Assembly (NCBI GenBank): GCA_963699255.1
Contig: OY969425.1
Span: 180,001-212,000 of the forward strand
DNA length: 32,000 bases
Source: an uncultured bacterium
GTDB lineage: Bacteria; Margulisbacteria; WOR-1; CAVSGV01
Direction: 5' to 3'
Shown: piece by piece, positions 31,970-32,000 of the stretch
Layout: the number at the start of each line of letters is the position of its first letter
Numbering within the stretch: position 1 is the stretch's first letter
The notes under the pieces: generated by a model
What the model saw: the letters and a program-made list of their open reading frames with translations, nothing else
Told to the model about the DNA's origin: nothing
The model's database searches: none
Made by a program: the position numbers and the translations under genes

Positions 31970-32000
31970 GATCGAACATCCCGGAAGGTTCAGAAGATTT

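Overview
This 32-kb window looks like it comes from an uncultivated bacterium of moderate GC (judged by eye); I cannot assign a lineage. Housekeeping genes are clear. They are a PlsC-type acyltransferase (322-1020), GTP-dependent PEPCK (13373-15160, -), hisA/hisH (15287-16638, -), a ROK glucokinase (16662-17567, -), CIRCE-controlled groES-groEL (24921-26906) and pgi (28059-29483, -). Two accessory regions stand out. (1) 1.1-10.2 kb holds ten + strand ORFs. Nine have no family I can recognise: no signal peptide, no TM helix, charged or coiled-coil composition, and one 997-aa protein with four ~140-aa repeats. They fall into at least five transcription units, each headed by the same ~40-nt motif ATGCAAGTTT-N14-CGATAA..TATAGTG. 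The motif resembles sigma-28 (FliA/SigD/WhiG) class promoters, yet no flagellar gene is in the window. A four-helix-bundle (23S rRNA IVS-type) gene cassette with inverted-repeat flanks sits inside this cluster. (2) 19.4-24.8 kb encodes an 850-aa tail-fibre-like repeat surface protein, two paralogous FlgD-Ig/T9SS-CTD-like proteins, and a PorV/FadL-like beta-barrel gene. The barrel gene carries a sixth copy of the same motif, which suggests one regulon spanning both loci. Other observations are an apparent 1-nt frameshift at the 3' end of groES, a tandem duplicated glycosyltransferase pair, long purine-arm/pyrimidine-arm intergenic palindromes, a G8 tract inside an ORFan, a perfect 48-bp coding tandem repeat, and a pair of weakly GHMP-kinase-like genes next to pgi. 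I recognised no rRNA, tRNA, CRISPR array, transposase or integrase. All functional calls rest on motif recognition by eye; no database search was possible.
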